A stretch of 32,000 nucleotides of DNA from Nitrosospira multiformis ATCC 25196. Its GTDB lineage: Bacteria; Pseudomonadota; Gammaproteobacteria; Burkholderiales; Nitrosomonadaceae. The notes beneath the pieces were generated by a model, which saw nothing but the letters and a program-made list of their open reading frames with translations, was not told the origin of the DNA and did not search any database. Numbering within the stretch: position 1 is the first letter of the stretch; each line of letters begins with the position of its first letter. The DNA is taken from positions 1,710,001-1,742,000 of the forward strand of contig NC_007614.1 of NCBI RefSeq assembly GCF_000196355.1, in the 5' to 3' direction. Made by a program: the position numbers and the translations under genes. Shown piece after piece: positions 18,258 through 29,091 of this stretch.

Positions 18258-19556
18258 ATGACAACGCCGTTGTACGTAAAATATTCCTCGATCCGCGACC
18301 GGACTTTGAGTCTGATCGAGCCGCTGATCGACGAGGACTGCTGTGTCCAGTCCATGCCCGGGACAAGCCCGGTAAAGTGGCACCTGGGGCATGCTTCCTG
18401 GTTTTTTGAGAAGTTTGTATTGCAGCACTATGAAAAGCCCTTCACCCCTTTTCACCCGGCTTTTCTCATGATGTTCAGCTCGTACAATAAATCAGGTCAG
18501 ACCCATCCTGATCCGAAACGCGGGCTGTTCACCCGCCCATCCTTGTCCTTGACGCGAGAATACCGCAATAACGTCAACGAACGTATGGAGCAGGTCCTGA
18601 AACGTTCGGAAGAAGACGAAATGCTGCGCATGCTCGCGGTGCTGGGAATGCATCATGAGCAGCAGCACCAGGAACTCATGCTGGCCGACGTCAAACATCT
18701 GCTTTCCCAAAGCCCTTTGAACCCTTCCTATAATAGCCAGCCGCTCCTTGATTCCCCTGTCCCCCCGCCCCTCGAATGGTGTCGTTTTGACGGGGGTCTC
18801 GTTGAAATAGGCTATAAGGGAGACGAGTTCAGCTACGACAATGAATCGCCCCGTCACAAGCAATACCTGCAACCCTATCAGCTCGCATCCCGGCTTGTCA
18901 CCAATCGCGAATACCTCGAATTCATGAAAGCCGGCGGATATGACAATCCCGGCGTGTGGCTTTCCGAAGGATGGGACTGGATGAAAGCCAACCGCCGGTC
19001 GCATCCTCTTTACTGGCGGGAAAGCGATCAGGGATGGGAGGAATTCACTCTCAGCGGTGCCATGCCACTGGACCTGAATCTGCCGGTCATTCATGTGTCC
19101 TTCTACGAAGCCGATGCCTTCGGACGATGGGCGGGCGCCAGACTCCCCACGGAAGCTGAATGGGAAAATGCTGCTTCTCAACAGGAAATAGAAGGTTGCT
19201 TCGCTGATAACAACCGTTTTCATCCCTCCTCCGCAGGCGGCTCTACGCCATCTGCAAATACCGGGGGTCTTGCTCAACTCTATGGTGATGCATGGGAATG
19301 GACGCAGTCGAGCTACTCCCCTTACCCGGGTTACAATCCTGCAAAACCCAACGAGAACGAACCGATGTCCTTTGTCTGGGATGAGGCGGTAGGCGAATAT
19401 AACAGCCGGTCTATGGTGAACCAGTATGTGTTGCGCGGCGGGTCATGCGCAATTCCAAAAGAGCGGATACGGGCAAGTTTTCGTAATTTCTTCCCCGCGG
19501 ATACATGCTGGCAGTTTTCCGGAATTCGTCTTGCAAGAGACTTGAGAGATTCTTAA
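18258..19556 (+). CDS. egtB: EgtB-like ergothioneine-type sulfoxide synthase (DinB-like plus formylglycine-generating-enzyme-like domains)
   Basis: QSMPGTSPVKWHLGHASWFFEKFVL and HHEQQHQELM (HxxxH-type iron ligands), plus C-terminal GDAWEWTQSSYSPYPGY...LRGGSCAIPKERIRASFRNFFPADTCWQFSGIRLARD. Confidence 0.88.
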   Translation: MTTPLYVKYSSIRDRTLSLIEPLIDEDCCVQSMPGTSPVKWHLGHASWFFEKFVLQHYEKPFTPFHPAFLMMFSSYNKSGQTHPDPKRGLFTRPSLSLTREYRNNVNERMEQVLKRSEEDEMLRMLAVLGMHHEQQHQELMLADVKHLLSQSPLNPSYNSQPLLDSPVPPPLEWCRFDGGLVEIGYKGDEFSYDNESPRHKQYLQPYQLASRLVTNREYLEFMKAGGYDNPGVWLSEGWDWMKANRRSHPLYWRESDQGWEEFTLSGAMPLDLNLPVIHVSFYEADAFGRWAGARLPTEAEWENAASQQEIEGCFADNNRFHPSSAGGSTPSANTGGLAQLYGDAWEWTQSSYSPYPGYNPAKPNENEPMSFVWDEAVGEYNSRSMVNQYVLRGGSCAIPKERIRASFRNFFPADTCWQFSGIRLARDLRDS

Positions 19557-19557
19557 A

Positions 19558-20109
19558 TCAGCGCCGTTTATGAAATTCGATTCCCGCATCGATCACGTCG
19601 CGCGCAGCAAGGCCGACTGCAAGCGCGGCAAAAATTGCGGTTAAAGATTTTCCTGAAACACGCTTTTCGAATCCGGGCGTAAACCGCTTTGGAATGAGGT
19701 GATAATCAATAACGTAAGCCGCAGCTGCTACTGCGGCTCCGCCACAGAGGGGTTTGACGAGAGACACCGGTTCAGGAGATGCAGTGAAAGGAAGTCTTCG
19801 CATGTACTGCCGGGTACCGTGGCTGCCAAAAAGTTTCTCGTAAAATGATGCCCAGAAAATGGTGGACGCGTGATTCAGGAGAAAACCCGTCAGGGTATAT
19901 TTTAGTGATGGGCGGTCATGGTGGGCGGCTTCCTCCCCCCAGATAATATGGCTCGTTGCGTTCAGGGGTGCCGCATAAGAACCATTTTCATGTTTTCCGG
20001 CGAACGAAGCGATACCTGCTGTTGCAAGACCGCTCACCGTTCCGGATATTACGGCCCGCTCCAGGATACCTCTATTATTTTTCATGTAGTCCCTCACTAA
20101 GTCTCTCAC
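19558..20109 (-). CDS. Uncharacterised membrane-associated protein
   Basis: 183 aa ORF with several hydrophobic stretches (AVISGTVSGLATAGIASFAG; LTAIFAALAVGLAARDVIDAG). It abuts the convergent egtB-like gene. Confidence 0.6.
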   Translation of the reverse strand: MRDLVRDYMKNNRGILERAVISGTVSGLATAGIASFAGKHENGSYAAPLNATSHIIWGEEAAHHDRPSLKYTLTGFLLNHASTIFWASFYEKLFGSHGTRQYMRRLPFTASPEPVSLVKPLCGGAAVAAAAYVIDYHLIPKRFTPGFEKRVSGKSLTAIFAALAVGLAARDVIDAGIEFHKRR

Positions 20110-20153
20110 TATTTACTGCCGCAAGTGAAGCGCAAGCGCTGCCGGAATTTCCG

Positions 20154-20576
20154 TCAACCCCCCTTCTGATTATCATAGTATGCGTGAATCCGGGTGTTCC
20201 ACGATTCATCCGCCATATCCGGCCAGTTGCCCTTATCGAAGCCGGGCGCCGATTCGAGCCGTTCCTTCTCCACGTCGAGTATGAAACGCTTGTCCAGCGC
20301 TTCCAGCTTCAATGTAAGTGCGTTCCACGGGACAGCGAAGAGTTTGTCGCCGACCCCGAGGAATCCTCCAAAAGATAATACTGCGTAGGCCACTCGCCCC
20401 TCTTCCACGTCCAGCATGACTTCCTTGATGTCACCCAGTTTCTCGCCTTTGTTATTGTAGACATCCTCTCCTATCGGCCAGGTGGCCCCCATGAACCTCG
20501 GCATAGGGTTGGTGCCATCGACAATTTTATCCAATCCATGGATGTTATATTCATAGCGTTCATAGCTCATGCTCAT
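20154..20576 (-). CDS. PRC-barrel domain protein
   Basis: IGEDVYNNKGEKLGDIKEVMLDVEEGRVAYAVLSFGGFLGVGDKLFAVPWNAL is the PRC-barrel signature. Confidence 0.9.
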   Translation of the reverse strand: MSMSYERYEYNIHGLDKIVDGTNPMPRFMGATWPIGEDVYNNKGEKLGDIKEVMLDVEEGRVAYAVLSFGGFLGVGDKLFAVPWNALTLKLEALDKRFILDVEKERLESAPGFDKGNWPDMADESWNTRIHAYYDNQKGG

Positions 20577-20807
20577 GCTGTTCTCCTAGATTGATCTCTC
20601 TCGCCTCTTTCCCAACTTAATCAATTTAGAAGTTATCTTAAAAACAACAGGTATTCCTCTCTGTTCGCTAACGCACTCATGCTGAACTATCCCTTGCTTG
20701 CCATGCTCCTTCCTTGGAAGAGCCCTCTGTTCTCTTTATTCCATGCAGTCGTTCTGAAATGGAAGCAATCGAATGTTTACGGGGTTTGAATGCGGGGCTT
20801 GGATGGC

Positions 20808-23318
20808 TCATGGGTCGCTCCTCGCCCGGATTTCGTTATTCTCCATCACCACCTGCCGCTCCTGAGGATTGACGAAGCGGATGTCCGATTCACGGAAACG
20901 CTCCAGAATCCGTAAGTTGAAGCCGCGCTGTACCGGCCATCGGCCTTTATCCAGAGTCCGTATCTGTCCAAGAATGGTAATCATGAACCCATCCATCTGG
21001 TCGACGCCCCAGATATCGGCTTCCGACAGGATGAGATCCTTGAAATGTGGATCAGCTCGCATATCATCCACCACACTCCTGATAGCAGCAAATACCTTTC
21101 CGACATCCGAATCAGCGGCCACGCTAACCCTGATCGAAGCATTCCCGATACCGCGATTGGTGTTGGTGACGGTTGAAACCGAGCTGAACGGAACCACATG
21201 CAATGACCCGTCCGGGGCGCGCAACCGGACGGTGCGAATCGACAAATGCTCGACCGATCCTGAAAGATCAGCCACTGTGATGAAGTCGCCCACCTGGATT
21301 GCATTTTCCATGAGCAGGAAAATTCCGGTGATGAAATCCTGCACCAGCTTCTGTGAACCAAAACCCAATGCGACTCCGATGATACTGGCACCGGCCAACA
21401 GGGGCGCAATGGTAATGCCAAGCTCGTCCAGTGCTGCAAGCAGCACTATCATGATAAAGACAGCGGACATGGTCGTGCGCAGCATAGGCAGGAGGGTACG
21501 CAGGCGGGCAGCGCGGGCAATATCGCCAGCCTTCCCCCAGCGATCGATGCGGCGGCAGATCGCACTATTCAATGATTCCCATGCCGCCAGTGCCAAAGCA
21601 CAGGTAACCGTGATTGTAACGACAGCGGAAGCCACTCGCCGGCCAACTGATCCACTTTCAAACCAGGACAAGGTATCCACTCCCCAAACGCGAAGCAATA
21701 CGAGTCCGGTAACAACAGCGATCAACAATGAGACCGCACGATGTATCAGCAGGTGATAGGGGCTTTTTGTTCCAGCTTCGGCTGATCCTTCGAACAACTG
21801 CTGTCCTTGCTGCGCAGGCGTGTTTTTCCGGTCGGCAATGAAGGCGCGGTCGAGCGCGCCAAGAACAAAAATCGACGCAAGGCTCGCGCTGATAATAACC
21901 ACGGCTGATAGCGCAAAGATATGGAGCACCTGTTGAAACCCGTTTTCCGTTCCCATCGACCACAACAGCCAGGCGCCAACGATAAAAAACGTTGCCACGA
22001 AAAGCCAGCTATCAGCCAGCAGTCTCCGCAATCCCGCCAGGGCTTGACTGTTTTCGGCTGAACCCCGGATCGCGACTGCCACTTCCTTGCGGCTGCGAAA
22101 AATCATTATCAGCAGCATGATATGGACAACGAGAGCCACCAGTTTGGAAAGCGCATTATGAGTGTCGGGGGTCGCTCCGGTTTCGAGAGCGATATCGGCA
22201 ATGGCAGTACCAAAAACAGCGACGATAACAATGCGCCGCAGCCAGAGATTCAGGAAATTGGCTGCCTTGTCACTGATATGCATCAGGCGCAAGCGCTGGC
22301 CGATCGGCGATGCCATGAGGTGACCGATACTCAGCGCGATTCGCGTAGTGGCATACGCGCTGATGAGCGGGAGCGTGGTTGTGTAGAATATTGACGATCT
22401 TCCGCCGAAAGCAGTCAAGAGCAGAGTGGCTCCTGCCACAAACCCCCCCACTGGAACCAATTCGAGCAACCAGTAACCCAGAGCAAATGGAAAGCGACGC
22501 AACAGGCTCCAATGCCTGTCGACAGCCGTTGCCCTGCCCGTACCAGGGCCAGAGCCAGAGCCAGAGCCAGGGGCAGCATGCATGCTCGTTACGGGTTGAA
22601 GATGAGGGGCAGCCTGGTTCACCTCCTTCTCCGACCCTACTTTTTCTTTCGCCCTTTCCTCGTCGTCCTTTTGGCGCTCAGTCGCGTTTTGGCGAACTGC
22701 CGCACGGTCCTCAATCATTCGCCGCGGGTGCCGCAAGGCTCGTCTCAGTACCCATTCGGTAAACAGCCCCCCGCCAAGTATGAGAGCAACCTCCAATAAT
22801 GCCTCCAGGACAATGGCACGGCGTTCCGGTACACCCAGATTGTTCTGCCACCAATCGCCCACCGTTCTTATTTGGAGAAGCGTTTGAACGGCTGCCCGTA
22901 ACTGATTCACGACGATGTGCAGCCGCTCGCCGATGAGATCGAATACCTGAGCGACCAAGCCGCCCTTGGCGATTTCGATAGGAACACCTCCTGCCGGTGG
23001 AGCGCCGGATGACGAGACTCCATTGGTTTGTACGGCAGCTGGAGATTGGTCAGAATCAGAAGTTGCAGCGGGCGCGGAAACTTCGTCTGGCGTGTTTGCC
23101 GGTGGCGCTTCCGCCGTCGCTTGTGCGATTGCCCTTAACGTCTGTTCGAGCTCCGCACGCTTTGCATCGTCCTGAAGAATCGATAAGGTCCGCCTGGCTT
23201 GAGCGGGAGTAAGTGGGGATTGGATTGCTTGTTCTTCCGCCTCAGCCTGACTTAATGAAATAAATGGCAACAGGAAGCTGATTACTGCCACCAAGGCAGG
23301 GATTTTGTTCAGTGACAT
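20808..23318 (-). CDS. Large mechanosensitive channel, MscS family (YbiO/MscM-like architecture)
   Basis: Signal peptide (MSLNKIPALVAVISFLLPFISLSQAEA). Multi-TM C-terminal half with GVALGFGSQKLVQDFITGIFLLMENAIQVGDFI and LSIRTVRLRAPDGSLHVVPF. The track start is 23351; I prefer the ATG at 23318. Confidence 0.92.
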   Translation of the reverse strand: MSLNKIPALVAVISFLLPFISLSQAEAEEQAIQSPLTPAQARRTLSILQDDAKRAELEQTLRAIAQATAEAPPANTPDEVSAPAATSDSDQSPAAVQTNGVSSSGAPPAGGVPIEIAKGGLVAQVFDLIGERLHIVVNQLRAAVQTLLQIRTVGDWWQNNLGVPERRAIVLEALLEVALILGGGLFTEWVLRRALRHPRRMIEDRAAVRQNATERQKDDEERAKEKVGSEKEVNQAAPHLQPVTSMHAAPGSGSGSGPGTGRATAVDRHWSLLRRFPFALGYWLLELVPVGGFVAGATLLLTAFGGRSSIFYTTTLPLISAYATTRIALSIGHLMASPIGQRLRLMHISDKAANFLNLWLRRIVIVAVFGTAIADIALETGATPDTHNALSKLVALVVHIMLLIMIFRSRKEVAVAIRGSAENSQALAGLRRLLADSWLFVATFFIVGAWLLWSMGTENGFQQVLHIFALSAVVIISASLASIFVLGALDRAFIADRKNTPAQQGQQLFEGSAEAGTKSPYHLLIHRAVSLLIAVVTGLVLLRVWGVDTLSWFESGSVGRRVASAVVTITVTCALALAAWESLNSAICRRIDRWGKAGDIARAARLRTLLPMLRTTMSAVFIMIVLLAALDELGITIAPLLAGASIIGVALGFGSQKLVQDFITGIFLLMENAIQVGDFITVADLSGSVEHLSIRTVRLRAPDGSLHVVPFSSVSTVTNTNRGIGNASIRVSVAADSDVGKVFAAIRSVVDDMRADPHFKDLILSEADIWGVDQMDGFMITILGQIRTLDKGRWPVQRGFNLRILERFRESDIRFVNPQERQVVMENNEIRARSDP
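22543..22572. repeat. Hexanucleotide tandem repeat, (CCAGAG/CCAGGG) x5
   Basis: Read directly: ccaggg ccagag ccagag ccagag ccaggg. On the minus strand it encodes a PGSGSGSG-type linker in the MscS protein. Confidence 0.85.
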
Positions 23319-23514
23319 AGTAGAAAGACATTGTTTGCGATGGCCGATCAAGTCTGGCCGGCATCGCTCGTCTATGGTTACAGTTGAAGTAAGTAGGCAG
23401 GAACAACAATTCGATTGATTGGTTCCGGCGACGACATTCTATAAAGCTGCAAGAGTCGCCGTAATAATCCAAGGATTTCGGCCTTCCGAGCCGAAATAAA
23501 ATGAATAAGCGACT

Positions 23515-25914
23515 TTATACAGGTGGGGGATCCGTTTCCCTTTCAAAATGCCGGTGCGCTGCTATAGCTTCGATGAAGCGGTCTAAGGCGTTTCCGATAT
23601 CTTCATCTTCGAAGTGAAGAAGTCCGCTATCCTGTCCGCCTGCTCGCAATGTCCATCTTATACCGGAAGCCTCGATCAGTTTCCTGCCATAGCCCAGCAC
23701 CAGTATGGGTTTGCAATGGCGATATTGCTCCTTGACGAATTCCAGCGCCTGCCCCAAACGCGCAAGCGCTTCCACGCCCTCGCTTCCCCCGGGCACTACC
23801 AAAGCGTCGAAGAGGACTGACGGCATGGCCTCCAGCGTTACATCCACCTGGATTTTTCCCTCTGTGGTCTGGACTGAACCCAGACGTGCCCCAACGAAGC
23901 GGGGAACCGCTTGTTCTCCCAGCAACCCGGCATGCAGTGTCGTAATCCTTCCATCTATGCCATCCGCAACGAGAATCGCTATTCTTCTCATACGGATGCC
24001 ACCATCGCCGGGACGAGCAAAAAGTGACAGAGCGGGAGATGAAGAAACCTCCGGCGTAACATCTTTCTTCAGGGCTTTGGGGAGGGGTGGCGGCAAAGTA
24101 TCCATACCCAATCCGCGAGCCACAGACTCAGCCAGATCGCTTGCAACATTTTCGAGCATTGCCACCATTCGCTGCCTTATGGCGGGAGATTGGACGCGAG
24201 TGAGCTCAAAACGAAAGGCGCGAATGATATGAACCTTTTCCACAGCGCTTTGGCTGTTCCAGAACAGGGTCGCCTGCGTGTAGTGGTCCGCAAACCGCTC
24301 GGGTTTACCGCGTACCTTATCTCCCTTCATCGGTTCGGGAAATGACCTGAAGCCGGCGGCACCAGCCTGAAATGGACAGCCTCCCGCAAGGGAATTCGGC
24401 TCATATGAAACCCGGCCTCTATTGATGGTCTGGCGATGCATCCCGTCCCGCTGGTTATTGTGAACTTGCGCGACCGGCGAATTGATCGGAATCTCGTGGA
24501 AGTTTGGCCCACCGAGACGCGTCAACTGGGTGTCGACATAGGAATGAATGCGGCCGGCAAGGAGGGGGTCATTACTGAAATCCAACCCGGGAACGATATG
24601 CGCAGCACAAAAAGCCACTTGTTCCGTTTCAGCAAAAAAATTATCTGGATTTCGATTGAGGATCATGCGCCCGACCGCCTTGACCGGGACCAACTCCTCC
24701 GGAACAATCTTCGTCGCATCGAGCACATCAAAGCTGAACTGTTCCGCTTGTTCCTCGGTAAAAATCTGCATGCCCAACTCGTATTCAGGGTATGCGCCAC
24801 ACTCTATTGCTTCCCATAAGTCGCGTCGGTGAAAATCAGGATCGGCGCCCGATATTTTGACCGCCTCATCCCAATCGAGCGAATAGGTCCCCGCAAGCGG
24901 CTGCCAGTGAAACTTGACGAATCGCGACTCACCCGCCGCTGTTACCAGGCGAAATGTATTGACGCCAAAACCCTGCATCGTTCGGAAACTACGTGGGATA
25001 GCCCGATCGGACATTAACCACATCAGCATGTGGGTGGATTCGGGCATGAGCGAGACAAAATCCCAGAATGTGTCATGCGCGGTGGAAGCCTGCGGAACCG
25101 CAAAATGCGGTTCAGGTTTGGCTGCGTGGACCAGATCGGGAAATTTGATGGCATCCTGTATAAAAAATACTGGAATGTTATTTCCTACCAGATCCCAGTT
25201 GCCTTCGTCCGTATAAAACTTGGTTGCGAAGCCTCGGGCATCGCGCACAGTGTCTGCAGACCCCCGTTCCCCGATCACCGTGGAGAAACGGACGAAAACA
25301 GGAGTGCGTTTCCCCGCCTCGGCAAACAGGGAAGCGCACGTATACTGGGCAAGTGATTCGTAACATTCGAAATATCCATGGGCAGCAGATCCACGGGCGT
25401 GAACCACACGCTCGGGTATGCGTTCATGGTCGAAATGAGTGATCTTTTCACGCAGAATAAAATCTTCCAGCAGCGCCGGTCCGCGATAGCCCGCCTTTAA
25501 GGAATTCTGATTATCACCGACAGGAACACCCTGATTGGTGGTAAGAGTCTGATTACTCGAATCCGCTCTTACACGGTCCAACGGTTCGTTGCCAGCATTG
25601 AAACGTAGCCGAGGTTCACCCGACCCGACTTTCGGTGACGCAACTGTCTCAGTTAGCGTACTCCCAGTAACAAAGGGATCGGAAGGAGCTACCGTTTGGC
25701 CTTCCTCGGGAAAAGTGGAAGCCTCTCCATGTTCTCCTGCCTTGTTGGCGTTATAAGGTATTGCCGCTGCGAGCTCGTCAGTAGCGGAGAGCTTTCTGGT
25801 GAAATCGTTCGCCGGTGAGCCGGTCGGGTTAGCGGGTCCCCCAACAGTAGATTTATTGTCCTTTTCGTTAGCCGTTCCCATCACGAATCCCCCTGCATTG
25901 GACTGATGATCCAT
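23515..25914 (-). CDS. katE: Large-subunit (clade 2) catalase with C-terminal DJ-1/PfpI-like domain
   Basis: [59 protein letters not shown] and [16 protein letters not shown], plus a C-terminal [13 protein letters not shown]...DALVVPGG domain. 799 aa. Confidence 0.95.
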   Translation of the reverse strand: MDHQSNAGGFVMGTANEKDNKSTVGGPANPTGSPANDFTRKLSATDELAAAIPYNANKAGEHGEASTFPEEGQTVAPSDPFVTGSTLTETVASPKVGSGEPRLRFNAGNEPLDRVRADSSNQTLTTNQGVPVGDNQNSLKAGYRGPALLEDFILREKITHFDHERIPERVVHARGSAAHGYFECYESLAQYTCASLFAEAGKRTPVFVRFSTVIGERGSADTVRDARGFATKFYTDEGNWDLVGNNIPVFFIQDAIKFPDLVHAAKPEPHFAVPQASTAHDTFWDFVSLMPESTHMLMWLMSDRAIPRSFRTMQGFGVNTFRLVTAAGESRFVKFHWQPLAGTYSLDWDEAVKISGADPDFHRRDLWEAIECGAYPEYELGMQIFTEEQAEQFSFDVLDATKIVPEELVPVKAVGRMILNRNPDNFFAETEQVAFCAAHIVPGLDFSNDPLLAGRIHSYVDTQLTRLGGPNFHEIPINSPVAQVHNNQRDGMHRQTINRGRVSYEPNSLAGGCPFQAGAAGFRSFPEPMKGDKVRGKPERFADHYTQATLFWNSQSAVEKVHIIRAFRFELTRVQSPAIRQRMVAMLENVASDLAESVARGLGMDTLPPPLPKALKKDVTPEVSSSPALSLFARPGDGGIRMRRIAILVADGIDGRITTLHAGLLGEQAVPRFVGARLGSVQTTEGKIQVDVTLEAMPSVLFDALVVPGGSEGVEALARLGQALEFVKEQYRHCKPILVLGYGRKLIEASGIRWTLRAGGQDSGLLHFEDEDIGNALDRFIEAIAAHRHFERETDPPPV

Positions 25915-26154
25915 GGTGAGGCCTCACGAGGCTTTTTTCGGTACGCCATCATACATAAGCTAATTTTTTTTCCACTGCAGAATGTCGCAGCAAGGGTCAA
26001 GCCCCTTCATTTGCATCTGCTATGTGTTGTCACGAACTGAATCGAAAAGAATCCAGCGATACTATTTTGAAAGTATTTGAAATGGCGTTCTTTTTCTCCA
26101 CCCCATAAATTAGTGGTCTGAGTTTCCGCTAAAACGTGCCATGGAGTCAGCAAT

Positions 26155-27135
26155 GTGAAATCAACTGGAGTAGTCGACTGCTTGATCATCGGGGCTGGCC
26201 CGGGTGGACTTACCGCAGCAATTTATCTCGCTCGCTTTCGGCGCCATATTACAATTGTTGACAGTGGATTCAGCCGCGCAGCGCTCATCCCTACCACCCA
26301 TAACTGCCCCGGCTTTCCCATGGGTATCTCGGGAAATGAATTTCTGGATCGGCTGCGCTTACAGGCAGCGCAGTACGGCGTTGAAGTACAGGCCGGTGAG
26401 GTCCTGCGACTCAGGCAGGTTGAAAATTTTTTTGAGGCCCACGTCAGCAATAGTGCCGGCAGTGGAACTAGCCGCCATAGGGGTGGGGATGGGGGCGGGG
26501 CTGGCGGAATGTCAATTCGGGCCGTTACGATATTGCTGGCAACGGGAACTGCTGACTCGAGACTGGATACCAGCGACTGGAAGACATGTATAAGGAAAGG
26601 ACTTATCCGGTTATGCCCCATCTGCGATGCCTATGAAGCCACGGATCAGAACATCGCCCTGCTATCCTCATCTCCTCGAGAGGGTGTAAAGCATGCACTG
26701 TTTCTGCGAACATACAGCCGGAACGTGACATTGATCTATCAGGCCAAGGCTGAACTGACGAGTGCCGAAAAAAGAAGGCTTCGTAAGGTCAATGTCGAGG
26801 TGATTGAGGACGCGCTTGGCAGCCTCCATATAACGGGAGAATCGAAACCTTCGATACGCCTTTCAAATGGAGAAGAACTTCCGTTCGATGTAATCTACCC
26901 GATGCTGGGCGAGAGCCCCAGATCCCAGCTGGCGGTTCAGCTTGGCGCGCGCTGTAATAGAGAGGGGAAATTGATTGTCGATCGGCACCAGCGTACCACT
27001 GTGGCGGGTGTATATGCGGTGGGAGATGTGGTTGATGGACTCAATCAGATCAGTGTTGCAGCGGCACATGCCGCCGTTGCATCTACCGACATTCAGAACC
27101 GCTTGAACAGGCTGGGCTATAGACTTTGCCCGTAG
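26155..27135 (+). CDS. Thioredoxin-reductase-like NAD(P)/FAD flavoprotein
   Basis: GTG start behind [36 protein letters not shown]; [10 protein letters not shown] (CxxC); [31 protein letters not shown]. Confidence 0.88.
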   Translation: MKSTGVVDCLIIGAGPGGLTAAIYLARFRRHITIVDSGFSRAALIPTTHNCPGFPMGISGNEFLDRLRLQAAQYGVEVQAGEVLRLRQVENFFEAHVSNSAGSGTSRHRGGDGGGAGGMSIRAVTILLATGTADSRLDTSDWKTCIRKGLIRLCPICDAYEATDQNIALLSSSPREGVKHALFLRTYSRNVTLIYQAKAELTSAEKRRLRKVNVEVIEDALGSLHITGESKPSIRLSNGEELPFDVIYPMLGESPRSQLAVQLGARCNREGKLIVDRHQRTTVAGVYAVGDVVDGLNQISVAAAHAAVASTDIQNRLNRLGYRLCP

Positions 27136-27213
27136 CTTCTGCCTTTCATGGGTTAAGGAGTGTATTTTCCAGGATCCCTCGTAATAAGTCTTTCACGGCA
27201 TCTGAACCTACCA

Positions 27214-27699
27214 TTATCTGTCTTTCTCGTTCCCCGAAGCAGGCCATAGCAACATTATTTTGTTGCTACCTCCCTTCCCTATGCTCACATCACGATGAAG
27301 CGTCTTCGATTCATACGAAGCATCGATCGAATATTTTCCCGGCGCGAGCTTGGCGAGCAGAAAAGGGCCTTCGGTGATCGTGTCCAGAAGTATCTTGCCG
27401 GATTCATCCTTGATAGTGACGCGAACGTCACTGATATAGGCGGCATGAGTCGGAGCATTCTGGGCAAGTTGAAGCACCAGGGGCCAGGTGCGTGCTTCCT
27501 TCAATATTGCCTCCACCTCATCCGCCCCGATACCTCCCGTTAAAAACTCAGTCTGGCCTTGTGATTGCACCGCTGGAAGCGGGGCAATGGTAGAGGAGGG
27601 ATCTGATCCTGATTGAGCAAAACCAGGGCGGGAGCCAATCCCCGCCAAGACGAATGCAAATGCGATTGCACCTGTAAGAACGCGTTCAACAGTTTTCAT
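27214..27699 (-). CDS. Secreted protein with carboxypeptidase-regulatory-like beta fold (putative)
   Basis: 161 aa; signal peptide LTGAIAFAFVLAGIGSRPGFAQ; DVRVTIKDESGKILLDTITEGPFLLAKLAPGKYSIDASYESKTLHRDVSI resembles carboxypeptidase-regulatory-like repeats. Confidence 0.65.
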   Translation of the reverse strand: MKTVERVLTGAIAFAFVLAGIGSRPGFAQSGSDPSSTIAPLPAVQSQGQTEFLTGGIGADEVEAILKEARTWPLVLQLAQNAPTHAAYISDVRVTIKDESGKILLDTITEGPFLLAKLAPGKYSIDASYESKTLHRDVSIGKGGSNKIMLLWPASGNEKDR

Positions 27700-27803
27700 T
27701 GGTCTGCCTCACTTGCCTCAGCCTATCTGATGCGAATACTGAAATGAATAGCTTTTATCTTTTCGGCTCATCCGCTGTTGCATGAGCACAAAATGCTAGC
27801 GTA

Positions 27804-28151
27804 TCAATGTTTCTTTACGTTTTTGTCGTGGGAGACCCCGGGAATATCATCTGCAGCCGGGATATCAGAATCAACAATATCCGATGGTATTCCACGCCGG
27901 TCTGTATCTTTCAGACCCTGCTTCGTATCTTCATGCGCCTGTTCGATTACCTCGCGTGAATGTGCATTCCCCTGGTGGCTCGTACCCGCCGGCCTGGTTG
28001 TCTCGTCGCGCTCATGCGGGAGCAACGTCTGAGGCTCTTCCTTATCCTTGGCACGCGGTTTCGACTTGGGCAGATTCACCCGTTCCGTCAGCACCCCGGT
28101 TTCCTCGCGTTCCATTCGCTTGGAAGGCGGCTTCTTTTCTGTAGTCATCAT
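27804..28151 (-). CDS. Small hydrophilic, charged protein of unknown function
   Basis: 115 aa, rich in K/E/R/D/P; ends ...GIPSDIVDSDIPAADDIPGVSHDKNVKKH. No overlapping better candidate. Confidence 0.5.
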   Translation of the reverse strand: MMTTEKKPPSKRMEREETGVLTERVNLPKSKPRAKDKEEPQTLLPHERDETTRPAGTSHQGNAHSREVIEQAHEDTKQGLKDTDRRGIPSDIVDSDIPAADDIPGVSHDKNVKKH

Positions 28152-28506
28152 ATCACCCGTAGCGTCAATATACTGAAAGATACTTACTGAAAGGAAAGGT
28201 GGAAATTAAAACGACGCTTCAAACCAGGAGCTTCCTTTAAAATCATCCTTACCTTATCGCATCTGCCGTAATAGGGCTGTGTCCCAACGCACATACTCCC
28301 AACTTTATTCTTGTACTCATTCGTCTTATGTCGGTTAACGCACGGCAAAAGCGATTGAATGCGCCGAGAATGATGGCAATACGGAAACTGCAGGCGCCCT
28401 CCATGAGACCTTCCAAGTCGGGATGAAATCCGGTAACGAAGTCAGTAACGCCAACCGCTGCGGATTCCACTCTTCATAACATCACTCGAAAAAGAGAGGT
28501 GATATC

Positions 28507-29091
28507 ATGAATGAACTACTTTCGAAATCCTGGCGCTCTCTTGCGCTACGCGGCTTCATATCGCTGGTGTTCGGTATACTTGCCGCATTCTGGCCAGGGA
28601 TGACGCTCCTGTGGCTGCTCGTCATGTTCGCTGCTTATGCCCTCATCCAGGGGGTAGCCTCCACTATGGCAGCATTCCAAAACCGGAAAACCCATCATGA
28701 CTGGTGGCTGATGCTGTTGTGGGGGGTGGTAGGGATTGGAGCGGGTGTAACGGCATTCATGCTTCCCAACCTGACCGCTGTGGTGCTTGTGCTGATAATT
28801 GGGGCAACTGCACTGGCAAGCGGAATTGTGGATATTGCAATGGCCATCCGGTTACGCAAAGTCATCCGGGGGGAAGGATTCCTGATTCTCAACGGCATCA
28901 TCTCCATTGCGTTCGGTGTGTTCGTGTTCTTCTTCCCCGGCGCCGGGGCACTTGCGCTGGTTTGGATGATCGCCCTATACGCTATCGTTTCGGGATTATT
29001 ACTCCTGGCGCTTGCTTGGCGAGCAAAAAAATGGGGCACCGATTATGAAGAATGGCCTCATGGGCATGGGTTAACCCATAAGTCTTTATAA
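28507..29091 (+). CDS. HdeD family acid-resistance-like membrane protein
   Basis: 194 aa with six hydrophobic segments; SWRSLALRGFISLVFGILAAFWPGMTLLWLLVMFAAYALIQGV and LILNGIISIAFGVFVFFFPGAGALALVWMIALYAIVSG. RBS GAGAGGTGAT upstream. Confidence 0.9.
   Translation: MNELLSKSWRSLALRGFISLVFGILAAFWPGMTLLWLLVMFAAYALIQGVASTMAAFQNRKTHHDWWLMLLWGVVGIGAGVTAFMLPNLTAVVLVLIIGATALASGIVDIAMAIRLRKVIRGEGFLILNGIISIAFGVFVFFFPGAGALALVWMIALYAIVSGLLLLALAWRAKKWGTDYEEWPHGHGLTHKSL

Noticed and set aside
20869-21756. 295-aa ORF on + strand
   Set aside because: Antisense to the MscS domain; Ser/Arg/Thr/Pro-rich composition typical of a shadow frame.
26100-26150. Sequence CCACCCCATAAATTAGTGGTCTGAGTTTCCGCTAAAACG considered as a possible insertion-sequence end
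   Set aside because: No transposase, no matching opposite end and no target-site duplication visible; more simply a promoter/leader of the TrxR-like gene.
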